Below are positions 25,865 through 37,755 of a DNA stretch of 64,000 nucleotides, one piece after another; position 1 is the first letter of the stretch; each line of letters begins with the position of its first letter. This stretch comes from Schizochytrium sp. TIO01 (lineage: Eukaryota > Protista > Bigyra: Labyrinthulomycetes). Position numbers and translations under genes: made by a program. The notes under the pieces are model-generated. The model did no database searches. It had not been told where the DNA came from and saw nothing but the letters and a program-made list of their open reading frames with translations. Location of the stretch: assembly GCA_004764695.1 (NCBI GenBank), contig SMSO01000032.1:8464483-8528482 (forward strand), written 5' to 3'.

Positions 25865-28800
25865 CTATTCTAATCGAAATCCAGGGCCAACAAGGTCTGG
25901 GGTTAGCAAAGGCGAAAGTTGTTCTTGTAGGCCAAGACGGAGATTTCTGTCATGCACATTTGCCGACCAGTATTCACGCAGTCGCTCCGCACGCAGTATT
26001 CTCCACCCTTCACGCACCTGCTCGAATGATTCAGCAAAAAAAGGGTCTTGTCCAAGTTTTCTTGAGCAGGTTCTCACATGATCATGGCAAAACCTACTAT
26101 TCGGGGAACTATACGCAAGACACCAGGCACAAAAATGATGTCCACATGTACCATTACCACATTTCACAGCACAACATGCATCAAATTGGTCGAAGCAAGC
26201 ATGGCAATTTGGACAACACGTGTTTAAGATATTCTCTTGAATATGCAATAAATGCCTCCGCACATCGCGGGTCAGCCCATCTACCTGTAAAGCTTCTGCT
26301 ATGCGCCTTTGGATCTCTTGCTCTGCTCGAGCGGATGCTTCACTTTCTGCTCTCATCTTTGCGATCAGCAGAAGATGGTCCAGAGCACTAGGAGCAAGGC
26401 GAGTAATCTCTTGACCTGTAATCCTTCCAGTGCAACCAGGTCTTACGCATGACATTGTTCCGTCAGCACCAACCAATACGCTAGCTTGCGGCTGTGCCGC
26501 AGCCTCTACTGAGCTGGCAACGCAATCTCGGCAAAAAAAGTCTCCTTCCTCGCAGCTCGTACCCTCAGTAAGTGCTATGGCCTCAAAACACACGAGGCAT
26601 GTCTCCAGAGGTATTTTAGGGGCTCCAAATGCTTCATGTTTAAGAGCCTCCTTTGCGCTAATACGCCGACCAGGGTCTGTCGCTTTAAGATTCTCAATAA
26701 GCCTCTGCATGGCAGTGGTTGGCTCAGGATACAGGTCCTCAAAGACTACACCCACAGAGTACATGTCCATTGCTGTTTCGAACTTAGTCACTGGTCCACT
26801 CTGCAACTCAGGAGCAATATAGCGTGGAGTAGCCTGAACAGATGTGTAAGTTGCGGTGCAATCCGCAACTTTGATGCCGTCGAAATCACCAATCAGCGGG
26901 GTCCCATTACTTGTGAGGAAGATGTTCTCTGGTTTGATATCACAATGTACGATGCCGCAAGTATGTATATCTACCATACCAGTAAGCAGACCCATGGCGA
27001 GTCGATCGCGAGCTACTTTGCCTTCGTTGGGATGATCTTGAATCCATTTGGCTAGGTCACCTTGTTCGTAGAAAGGCATGACGATGCAGCCACGCGGTTC
27101 GCCATGTGCTATATCTACAAAAGCACCAGTAATGCGAATCACATGCTGAGACACCACTTTTCCAAGATTTGCAGCTTGTTTGTAAAATACTTTGTATTGA
27201 CTTGAGTCGCCAAGTTGAAACTGTTTGAGGACTACAGTTTTGCCAAAATTATCAAGAACCTTTTGAACCCTCTTGCCACCTCTGGAGGTGAGGGGCTTGC
27301 CAACAGGCTGAAAATCCGAAATCTTGACGTTGGCCAACCAAAGGTCGGAAAATGCAACTTCGAAAACCCCTTCTGCATTTATATGCATCCTTTCTAGCCA
27401 GGCACTATCAAGCAGGAGTTCTGGATAATGCTTTTGTGCATGTTGCAGAGTTTCAGCAAGCTTATGACGAAAAGCTTTGCTAAGCTCGATAGGGGTCCCT
27501 TGAGAGAGAATAAGCTCTTGTTTCTTGATTCGATTTCTGTAATGCTCTTGCTCTTCCTCATCCAAATCTTCAGTCTCGAGGGCTTCTCTGGCTCTCTTCA
27601 AACTTTCTGTCGCTTTCCGAGACTTGGCAAGCCCCTGGTACAACACCTCAACATCGAAGATGTTTGGTTCTTTCGAACCTAGCTCTATGAAGTCGTGCAT
27701 CTCAGAGATCTCTTTCGGCGAAAGTTTGTGACCTATCTTCAACCGGGCTCTTCTGTTAGCGTCGGGATATAAACGCTGGAGTGAGAAGCCGATAGCTGCG
27801 AGAGTTTTAAACACTCGGGCACTTAGTGTATCTCGTCTCAGAACCTCAAGCTCTTCTTGAAGAGCGTTTTGAAGTTCAACCAGCTCAGGTGTAAGCCTCG
27901 TTGCCTGTTCAGGTGTCCTCAGGGTAATCCAGAATGCGTCACCAAGTTGCAACTCATTTGCACGAGATATGATGCTTCTAACAGCTTGGTCGCTTCGTTG
28001 TCCAATGTTGTTTGGCCGGCCTTTTTGATTCATCTTGTACTCTTCAACACACCTGGCAGATTGACTAGCGAGTTCTTTGAGGCGCTCGAACTCGTCTGCG
28101 CAAGTCCCACCGGCAACTGATACATCGTTTGTATTCAGATCTTCTAACAAGCTTGCAATCTTCACTTTGAATGCACACACTACATCGTCATCGTCTTCGC
28201 AATCTCTTGCACAGACCCATGGGTACACGTCTTTCACGAGCGCTCGCAGGCGATCTCTTTCGGCATTCCGCTGCTTGACGAGACCGTGCAAGCCATCACG
28301 AGAGCTTGCACGAATCTGATCTTGTAGCCTGTCCAAGCTTGCTTTTGAGATTTTGATGTCACTAGAGGCCTGCTGCAATTTCATTTGGCCAAAGTAGCCC
28401 TGTATCGCGGGTCCTACAAACTCCTCAAGGAGAGCAATCCCAGTCTGCACAGAGCCCCCCCCGCCTTGGCCCGCGCGTGAATTCGAGACTTGATTGGCAA
28501 GCTGCACCACATCAGCGAAACTCACACTGGCGCTGTCCGGCCGCATTCTAGTGTAAACAAGGATGTGTCAGCAAATAAAGAGCAAGAGATGCGCGCGTTA
28601 GGATCTTGGATATTTCAACTTCACAATTCGTTGAGTGACAGACAAATCATGCCAAAATCATGAACCAGCAACCAAAACATCGTGAACTTACGCAGCTATA
28701 TCCACATTGCACGGCCCCGCGACAAGTCCGGCACCAACGACACCATCTTGTTCGCTCTTGGGTTCTACAGAAGGCTCGCTTGCTGCGTCTAGCGAGAGCC

Positions 28801-29777
28801 ACGACTCTGTGTCTAAAGAATCAATATCTTCTCCGGGAGAACACACCTTTGCAAACAATTCTTTAGGAGTCAAAGACGAATTTGCATCGTAAAACCTGCG
28901 ATTTACGAATAATTGAAACAATGGGAACATCAGAGCACTCGTTAGAACAACAATGCGCGCATTCGATGACCGCCTCGCAAGCCCATGGAGACACAAGAGA
29001 ACCAGCAAAGCCAAAGGTCTACGCAGACCGCGGGCGCCAGCAGCGGCAGAAGACACGGAACTTACTCGATTCGAACAGAAGGATGAGTTTTATGCAGAGT
29101 TTTCGCGACGGCCTTGGCACCCTCGTCGCTAATATTATTCTTCCAAATACTGCGAGTACAAATAAATAAGTTCATTCATTGTCAAAACGATTCCAATTGA
29201 GTCAGTCAACCACACTTTTCTACTCCCACAAAAATGATCATAGAAAACCCTCCCTTCGCTAAAAGATCGCTCTCATTATCTTTTGTCAATTTTCTGTCTG
29301 ATCGCATTTTGTGGAAAATGCTTCAGTTCTTCCTTTCTCTTCAGATTCTTCTCTCTTCCTTTCTTTCTACTACTGTGCTTTATGCTGAATAAGATGCTAG
29401 TAGTTCGACATTTTGATCTTTTCATTACACAGAAGTACTAAAAAGAAAGGAAAAGGGAGCCATCGTGGAGTCTCAAAAAACTTACCCAAACCCTGTCAGG
29501 TTCTTGCATCCCTCGAGTGCCTTTGCGACGGCCTTTGCACCTTCATCGCCGATATTGCATTGCACGATTCTGTGCGTACATATAAATAAGTTCATTCGTT
29601 GTCAGGATAATCGTAGTGAGTGAGTCAGTCTATCCTCTTCTTCAAGGGACGAACGGCAAAATACTTCTGCGCCCCAATTGCAAATCAAATAAATGCCTTC
29701 GTTGTACTGATCACGTTTCAGATATTGAAGAAAGAACTGCCCTTCTCTTCCTGCCTCTTCCTGCCTCTTCAAATTCT

Positions 29778-29860
<83 letters not shown>

Positions 29861-32299
29861 ACACTACTGTGCTTTATGCTGAATAAGCTGCTAGTAGTTC
29901 TATATTTTGATAGGGAAGTACTTAAAAGAAAGGAAAAGGGAGCCATCGTGGAGTCTCAAAAAACTTACGCAAACCCTGTCAGGTTCTTGCATCCCTCGAG
30001 TGCCTTTGCGACCTCATCGCCAATGCTGTAACCCAGCAGACTGTACGTATTGCAACCATCAATCCAAGAAAGTCGGTCAGCCAGTGATGTGAGTGCTGTG
30101 AGTCAACCGATCCTTATCACGGGAGTTTTCTTCTGCGTCCCTAACATTCTCATCAGATCACATTTAGTGGGAGATGTCTATAAGCTACCTGCTATGTACT
30201 CAGTAGGTGCATCATTGAAGATTTCCTCTTTTTTATTTTAAAATGATCATCATGTGGTCCCCAAAAGAAAGAAAAAGGGAATCAACGCGATTCTCCGAAA
30301 CTTACACAAATGCTTTCAGGTTCTTGCATCCCTCGAGTGCCTTTGCGACGGTATTGATGCCCTCATCGCTAATCCTACTCCCACTCAAACTGTGGGTTGC
30401 ATTAATTGACTCCTTGTCAGGATACTTAGTCAGTCAATTAAAAAAATAAAAAAAAAAAATTCAAATAAACATGGAAGTCTTCTCTATGTCCCTTTTGGTT
30501 TGCTCATCTTATTGCATTCGGGTGATAAGAAGAATGAATGCGCTTTTTCATTGAAGCTCTTTCTTCGCTTCCTTTCTCGACAAGTTCTTTTGTCTAGTCT
30601 CCTAATTCATTTAATTGTGATGCTTCTATTTAAATCTAATCTCTTCGTTCATCACTTAAAGAAAGAAAAAGAAGAACTCCCGTGTATTACTACTCTCCCA
30701 AAACTTACAAAAATGTTTCAAGGTTCTCGCATCCTTCGAGTACCTTTGCGACTGCCTTGGCAACCTCATCGCCAAAGTTGTTATGGTGGAGACTGAGAGT
30801 ATAAATGAGTCCATTCATTCCGATTGAGTCAGTCGATCCTCTTCTTCATTGCAACAATCGCAGAAGTCTTTTTATGGCCATATTTGCAAATTGATTGGCC
30901 CGCATCTTTTATTAGCTTTTATTTTTATTTAAAAAATAAAATCATTTGAAAGCCTAAAAACTTGACAGATCATTTTCCCCCCTCAAGGCTTTTTCCTTTC
31001 TTTCTCTTTCGAGATCTTATTTTCTACTTATTCTATGGTCTGCCTAATGGATGGTGCTTCTATTTTCATCTCTTCGTTCCTCAAAAAAAGAAAGGAAAAG
31101 AATACCTCTCCTGAACTGCTACACTACTCTTCCCAAACTTACCCCAGTACTGTCAGGTTCTTGCATCCCTCGAGTGCCTTTACGAGTGCCTTCGCACCTT
31201 CATCACCAATGTTGTTCTGATCAAGACTGTGAGTGAAAATAAGTCCGTCCGTTTCGAGTGAGTCATTCGATTCTCTTCTTCTTCACCAAAACATTCGCAG
31301 AAGTCTTCTTATGGCCCAATTTGCGAATTGATTGGGCTTCGTTATTCTGATGATCGCATTTTTAGTTGCGTTACGAAAAGTTAATTTTGAAACCCTCGAA
31401 ACTTGAGATCATTTTTTCTCCTCAAGGCGTTCTTCTTTCAAGCTCTTATTTTCTCCCCTCCCCACTGCCATAAGTTCTACTAATTGTACTTCTATTTAAT
31501 CTTGTCAATACAACAAAAAGAAAGGAAAAGAAGAACTCTCCTGAACTGCTACACTACTCTCCCCAAACTTACCTCAATCCTGTCAGGTTCTTGCATCCCT
31601 CGAGTGCCTTTGCGAGTGCCTTCGCACCCTCATCGCCAATGTTGTTCTGATTAAGACTGTGAGTGAAAATAAGTCCATCCGTTTCGAGTGAGTCATTCGA
31701 TTCTCTTCTTCTTCACCAAAGCATTCGCAGAAGTCTTCTTATGGCCCAATTTGCGAATTGATTGGGCTTCGTTATTCTGATGATCGCATTTTTAGTTGCG
31801 TTACGAAAAGTTAATTTTGAAACCCTCGAAACTTGAGATCATTTTTTCTCCTCAAGGCGTTCTTCTTTCAAGCTCTTATTTTCTCCCCTACCCACTGCCA
31901 TAAGTTCTACTAATAGTACTTCTATTTAATCTTGTCAATACAACAAAAAAAGTAAGGAAAAGAATACCTCTCCTGAACTGCTACACTACTCTCCCCAAAC
32001 TTACTTCAATACTGTCAGGTTCTTGCATCCCTCGAGTGCCTTTGCGAGCGCCTTCGCACCCTCATCGTCAATGTTCTTCTCTCCAAGGCTGTGTTTGAAG
32101 GTGAACAAGGCATCATAAATAAAGTAAGTATGCCGTTTACAAGTTCATGAGTGCGTGTACGAACCTAATAGCCAGATTTGCTTTCTTTGTCACATCAGCC
32201 ACGAAGGGCACTCTTTCGTCTCGTCCTCTCACCATCGTGAACTTACAATATCCGCGTCGTATCTTCTCTGATGTCCTCGATTCTGTATGCCGTTGACAT
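25865..32299 (-). CDS. Gene A: LRR x8 - linker - helical region - non-RD kinase - RING1/RING2 (RBR-like) protein, 1199 aa predicted
   Basis: Exons in transcript order: 32247..32299 (MSTAYRIEDIREDTTRI), 32005..32088, 31573..31656, 31143..31226, 30709..30792, 30306..30389, 29969..30040 (72 nt), 29486..29569, 29066..29149 (capping LRR), 28692..28895, 25865..28547. All introns are GT-AG and phase 2, and the 3600-nt spliced frame is open. Motifs: LxxNNIGDEGAKALAKALEGCKNLT; VLKQ/HCDIKPEN/DFD/APE; CLVC..C..CRDC..C..C; CPNC..CCAVKC..CGHHFCAWC. Confidence 0.85.
29066..32088 (-). repeat. LRR exon-intron cassette array of gene A (8 exons, period about 340-480 bp)
   Basis: Recurring plus-strand signature AAACTTAC...TGTCAGGTTCTTGCATCCCTCGAGTGCCTTTGCG...CTG. 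Units 31143-31572 and 31573-32004 are nearly identical including the introns. Confidence 0.95.
29776..29860. repeat. (CTTT)n microsatellite inside a gene A intron
   Basis: Read directly from the sequence. Confidence 0.95.
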
Positions 32300-34096
32300 C
32301 GTCTTGCAGAGTCACCTTGGGCGAAGCAACTCGATTGCTTGATCTGGTTGATCGGTTTTGCTTTGCTTTGATCGGTTTTGCTTTACTTTGCTTTGCTTTG
32401 CTTTGTTTGGAAACTCGTGAGAGCAGTTTGTTTGCAGCGCGATCAGGAATGGAGACTCTCCTGAGCAGCAACGCTGAGCGACGCCCCGTCGGTGGCTCTG
32501 TAGACCAAGCCTCGCAAAGTGTGAGTAGCACAGCAAGATTGTGCGGGGGCGCTCGCAGGGGTTGCTTGCGTCTCGTGCGCGTGCGTGCTGTCTTGTGTTC
32601 AAGGTTTGCGATGATGATGGTTGGTTTTGTAGCTTTTGTGTGAATATTCCTTTTCGTTCTTTTCCTGGTTTAAGGTTCTTCCTCCATTCGCTTAAGGTGC
32701 TTTCGGTGCAGCTTTTTAGTTTTTTATTTATCCTGGGAGCGCAAGGAAAATAATTTGCGTGGATGTAGTCGTCTTAGGCAGCCTCCTACTGCAACTAGGC
32801 CTGGCCTAGGTCCGGACACGTGGCAAGCGACATGGAGGACTGTGTGAGCGCGAAGATGAGCAGAACTTGAAGCACCTCATGGTTTCTTTCCTGCACTTTC
32901 AAAGTCAAAGTTAGATTTTGTGGAGAGGCATCAGATCGAAGCTTGATCTATCTCCTGCCGTGCAATAAATAACCAGAGGAGGCAGACCGTGCATTAGCCA
33001 GGTTATTTTGAAGAATCGTAAAGGTCATGGACATCATTGGTGCCTTGATGAAGCAATGGCGAGCAAGCATGCTTTGGGTAGCGCCCAAAAATAGCCTGCC
33101 TTGCCAGCTGCTCTGATGACAGATGGGGTTGTGAGTGTGAGTGGCGGCTTGATTTTGAAGAGTATTTTGGGGGTGTCCTGGGCCTCTAGGCTATTTCCAT
33201 AAAAGTTGCCCACTGCATGCATTCGCCCCTATATATTCCATATCAAGAAAAACCCGAGAAAACTTTCAATCCTTTCACGCCAAAACTTTCTTTAACTTTT
33301 CACTTAAAAGTAAAGTTAAAAAGAAAAACCTTAAGGGAAAATCTTTTAGCGATAAGAAGATTTCCTCTTATCGTGCACGCTATCGTGCAACGAGGAAATC
33401 GCACACCTCTCTAAGAAGAAGCCTCACAGGCAAGCATGCCCAGAGCCCCCGGCTACTCACAGCCACCAGAGTCTCACCGCCCTTACCTGTCGAGACTCCT
33501 TAGTCTCCGCCTTAGCTTGACCAACTCACTCATTCGCTCACCAGCTTAGTTTTCTCAAAGAGTTGCGACTGCGCCCCACGCACCATCTTTCGCCTTTCTG
33601 TAGGCGAGCCTATCCTCCTGCGGATGCCTCTTCTCCAGCGATTGCCCTTCAATCTGCGATTGTCCCATCAATCGACCAGGGGTCTCGACAGGGCAAGTTA
33701 TCTTGGGGAAGAGTAGAAAGCTGCATTCAAGTCAGGGCTGCAGAGGTAGCACATGCCATGCTGGAAGACAATCGCGCTTTGGTTATGGAGAGAAAGAAAC
33801 AGGGATATGCATTCGAGAGCCCGAGAACCAAAAAGAATTGCGGAAGACTTGAGGGCTGGCTGCCTATCGAGATAGGCTATCGAGATAGGCTATTGAAATA
33901 GGAAAGAAGAAAGATAGAACTGGAAGAGGAGCACAGGAGCACTTCGACAACGCAATGGAACTATTTTGAGAGGCCTGGCAGTCGTCAAGACCACTATGAG
34001 AGTAACAGACAGAGACTTGCTTTTATGCAGGGATGCTAAAGGAACAAATTTTGAAAGGCTTTATTGATTTTTTAAAAATATTTTTATATATTATAG

Positions 34097-36294
34097 TCAT
34101 TCTAATCGAAATCTAGGGCCAACGATGTCTGCCGTTAGGAAAGGTGCAAGCTGTTCTTTGAGAACACGACGGACATTTCTGTCCCTGACGTTCACATTCC
34201 AATACTCACGCAACCGCTCCGTACGCACTATCCGCCACGCCTCACGAACCTGCTCAAATGAATCAGGGAAAAATAGATCTTGCCCAAGTTTTCTTGAACA
34301 GGTTCTCACATGGCGATAGCAAGCTTCACTACTCTCAGAACTATACTCAAGACACCAAGCGCAAAAGTGATGCCCACATGTATCACGACCACATTTCACA
34401 GCACAAGAACCATCGAATTGTTCAAAACAAGCTTTGCAGTTTGGGCAGCATAAGTTCAAGATATCCTCTTGAATATGCAGTAAATGCCTCCGCACGTCAC
34501 GGGTCAGCCCATCTACCTGTAAAACTTCTGATGTGCGCCTTTGAATCTCTTGCTCTGCTCGGGCGGATGCTTCACTTTCTGCTCTCATCTTTGCGATCAG
34601 CAGAAGATGGTCCAGAGCACTAGGAGCAAGGCGAGTAATCTCTTGACCGGTGATCGTTCCAGTGCATCCAGGTTCCATGCACGACATTGTCCCATCATCG
34701 GCGATAGCTACAGCTGATCGTGGATGCGTGGCAGCTTCTACTGACCTTGCAACGCAGTCTCGGCAAAGGAAGTGTCCTCTCTCGCAGCTTGTGCCGTCGG
34801 AAGGAGGATGTTCCTCCATGCACACGAGACATGTCTTTTGAAGAGCACCATCTCTGGCTGCTGCGTCTGAGGAGTCAATGTCCTCTCCGCGAGAGCACAC
34901 CCGAGCAAACAACTCCCGAGGGGTCAAAGAAAAATTACCAAAAGGCGAGCCACCGAAACTGCGTTTTGAGGATGAGTTCAAAAAGCAATGAGAACACTCG
35001 TTAGAGCAACAATGAGCGTATTTGAAGACAGTCTTAAAGTTCCATGGAGATATAGAGAACCGACGAGGGCGAGCCTCTACGCAAGATGGATTGAACAGCC
35101 GCAAAAGAAGAAACACAACTTACTCGATTCGAACAAATGGACATGATTTGTGTAAAGACTTGGCAAGTGCTTTGACGCCATCTACGTAGATGTTGTTTTC
35201 GCCGAGACTGTCAATAGATACAAATAAGTTTGGTCGTGGCCGGGACAGTTCAAATTAGTGAGTGAATGATCCGAGTGTTGTGCTTTGAATCAGTCCTTGC
35301 AAAAGAAGCATAGGAGCGTTCATCTGTGCCAATCTACTAAGCTGGGTGCCCATATTAAGGTCCCTATTTTTAATGAAAAAGAAAAGAACCAGGACTGGTA
35401 GCTCAATGCGAATTCAATGGACGTACTACAAATGAGTCAGGTTCGGACATCCTTCCAGTGCCTTTGCAACGGCCTTGGTGCCCTCAGAGCCAATGCCGTT
35501 TCCCCAAAGACTGTAATGTAAATTCATTTGTTTTAAACAACCAAAAATAAATTTGTCAGTCATTCGAATACGGGTGATCCTATCATATTCAAAAGAAACA
35601 AAGTACTTTAGAAACATCAAATCGAGCGTAGCTTCCCGTGAGTACCCAAAACATACTCCAATTCTACCAGGTTCTTGCATCCCTCTAGTGACTTTGCGAT
35701 GGACTTGGCACCCTCAACCCCAATGTTGGACCCCCAAAGACTGTGGGCATTTCAAGCATTGTCAGCAAAATCTATGACAGTCAGTCGTTCAAATCTCGTG
35801 TGAATAATCATAAAAGTATTTTTCTGTGCCCGATCGCAAATTTAGTGCCCTCATTATTCTTCGCGCATTATATTAGCAATCGAACCAAACCATGGTACTA
35901 GGATACCATGATGGTTTACGATAAATGAAAACTTTGGATTTCCTTTCCTGCTTCATATATGTACAACCAAAAAATATACATTGCTTTTTGTGGATTCACA
36001 AAACATACCTCAAATATATCAGGTTCTTGCATCTCTCCAGTGCCTTTGCGACGGTCTTAGCGCCCTCGGTGCCAATGTTGTCCCCACCAAGACTGTGTTT
36101 GTTGGTAAACAGAAGAAGTAAGTGTGCTATTCCGCAAGTTCATGACTGCCAATATAAAACTAGTATACAAAACTTGCTTTTTACAACACATCGGTCACGC
36201 AGAGAATCCGTGTGTCCTCCCTCTCACGATCAAGCACTTACTCTACCTCTGTTGTATCCTCTTTGATGTCAATAATGCGCGTTACCTTGGTCAT
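34097..36294 (-). CDS. Gene B: LRR x4 - linker - RING1/RING2 protein without the helical and kinase regions, 416 aa predicted
   Basis: Exons: 36242..36294 (MTKVTRIIDIKEDTTEV), 36009..36092, 35657..35740, 35427..35510, 35124..35207, 34097..34958. All introns are phase 2 and the 1251-nt frame is open. The linker LTPRELFARVCS runs straight into CLVCMEEH. Confidence 0.82.
35124..36092 (-). repeat. LRR exon array of gene B (4 x 84 nt)
   Basis: Four 84-nt exons, each bounded by a CAG acceptor and a GT donor on the minus strand. Confidence 0.92.
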
Positions 36295-37755
36295 AATCTT
36301 GTACTTTGCTTGTTGATCAAGAGTCTTAGCTTTGGCACTCTCAAGATCAGTAGATCAGACTCGTAGATAAACTTCCTCTCAGCCGCAAGGAAGCAGGATC
36401 TCGACACGATGACTTAAACACAAGATACGCAGTGGAGTGGCTTGACGCCTGGCAGGCTGTGTGTTATTTGTGTGCGCGTGCAGCCTTCAACATGTGTTAA
36501 GGATCTGCGATGGTCGGGTCTCTGGTCTGAAGTGCCCTTCGCGTGAGAAAAGCTCTGCTACTACTATCTCATAATATATAAGAGAGGAGTCTTTGTAAGT
36601 TAACCACATTTTTTAATTTTTCTAAATCGCTGTTTAGCCACTACATTTTAATTCCAAAACGTCAGTACTAAAAGAGCGCAAGTCACTTTGCCCAACCATT
36701 ATACGTTAATTTCAAACGTATCCACATCTGAAAGCTCTTTGTAATTCAAGTTTGCTCGAATTACACACATACAATTCATGCTAGAGATAGAAAACAATTG
36801 TAAAAAAGAAAACAATTATCAGAATTTCAACAACAAAAAGGCGCACTTCAGTAAAGTTTCCCTACCTAACTATTTTAAAGGTCTAGGTCACTCGGATGAT
36901 TCGGAAAAACGGGTAGAAATCAAGAACTACGTGCTAATCTTATTTTGAAATCCTTAGTCCTCTGTCACGAGCTAGAAAGGCTGCCTCGTATTTAGGATTT
37001 GAGATCGTCAGTTTTTTTTTTAATCGACAAAACTATGTTCTAATTTTATCATTGGGCTCAATAACAAAACCATCTGCTCGAAGTAGTATCGTACGAAAAT
37101 TCTAGCGCCGTATTGTTCTTTGGGGGCATACAAGAACGAGATCGCGCTCTCAGGATTATCGAATCGCTCTGGTGCGATGCGTGTGTGGCTATTTTATCTT
37201 GAGGAGTATCTTGCAACGGCATGTTCTTTGGAAAGAATAAAAGCAGATACATGCCGCTGAAGAGATGAAATGTGCTAAAGGACAATTGCACTTTAGATTT
37301 GAGAAGAGGAGGCCACAGAAGGGCATCCAAAGGTCATAGATTTTTAAGGCTGCACGAGAAAAGAAGCGAGGAGGTGAGTATTATAGGGAATGACAGAAAG
37401 AGAATTTAAAGAACTGAGAGGGAATAATGGGCTTCTTCTTCTACCATTATACGTACTTTGTTCAGACACACATACCATTTACGACAGTTTCAAAGAAGAT
37501 TCTCGTTGAAAGAAGCTTTTCGCAAAAGTATCGAATGCACTTAGTTCGTACTTATATCTACGCGTATCATGGTAAAACAACTTCCTTCCAAGATCTTTCA
37601 GAATATTACAGTTACATGGTAACCCTTGGTAATGGTCAAGGCTATTTCAAGAAGAACAACCACAAAACTTTGGTCTAACCTAAGCCTACTCAACTACATA
37701 GATACCATAAAATATATCTAAGCTAAGCAAAATACACTCTATTACTCAAAAGTTA

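Noticed and set aside
28896-29065. Hydrophobic ORF segment that could be a transmembrane helix between LRR and kinase in gene A
   Set aside because: It lies in an intron (GTAAGT donor, CTAAC branch site, CAG acceptor), and retention gives an immediate GAG-TAA stop.
29602-29946. ORFs with KKER or FFLS repeats
   Set aside because: They are translations of the intronic (CTTT)n microsatellite.
29066-32088. CRISPR-like array of conserved repeats with variable spacers
   Set aside because: The repeats are 84-nt coding exons with splice signals, the spacers are mutually similar introns a few hundred bp long, the context is eukaryotic and there are no cas genes.
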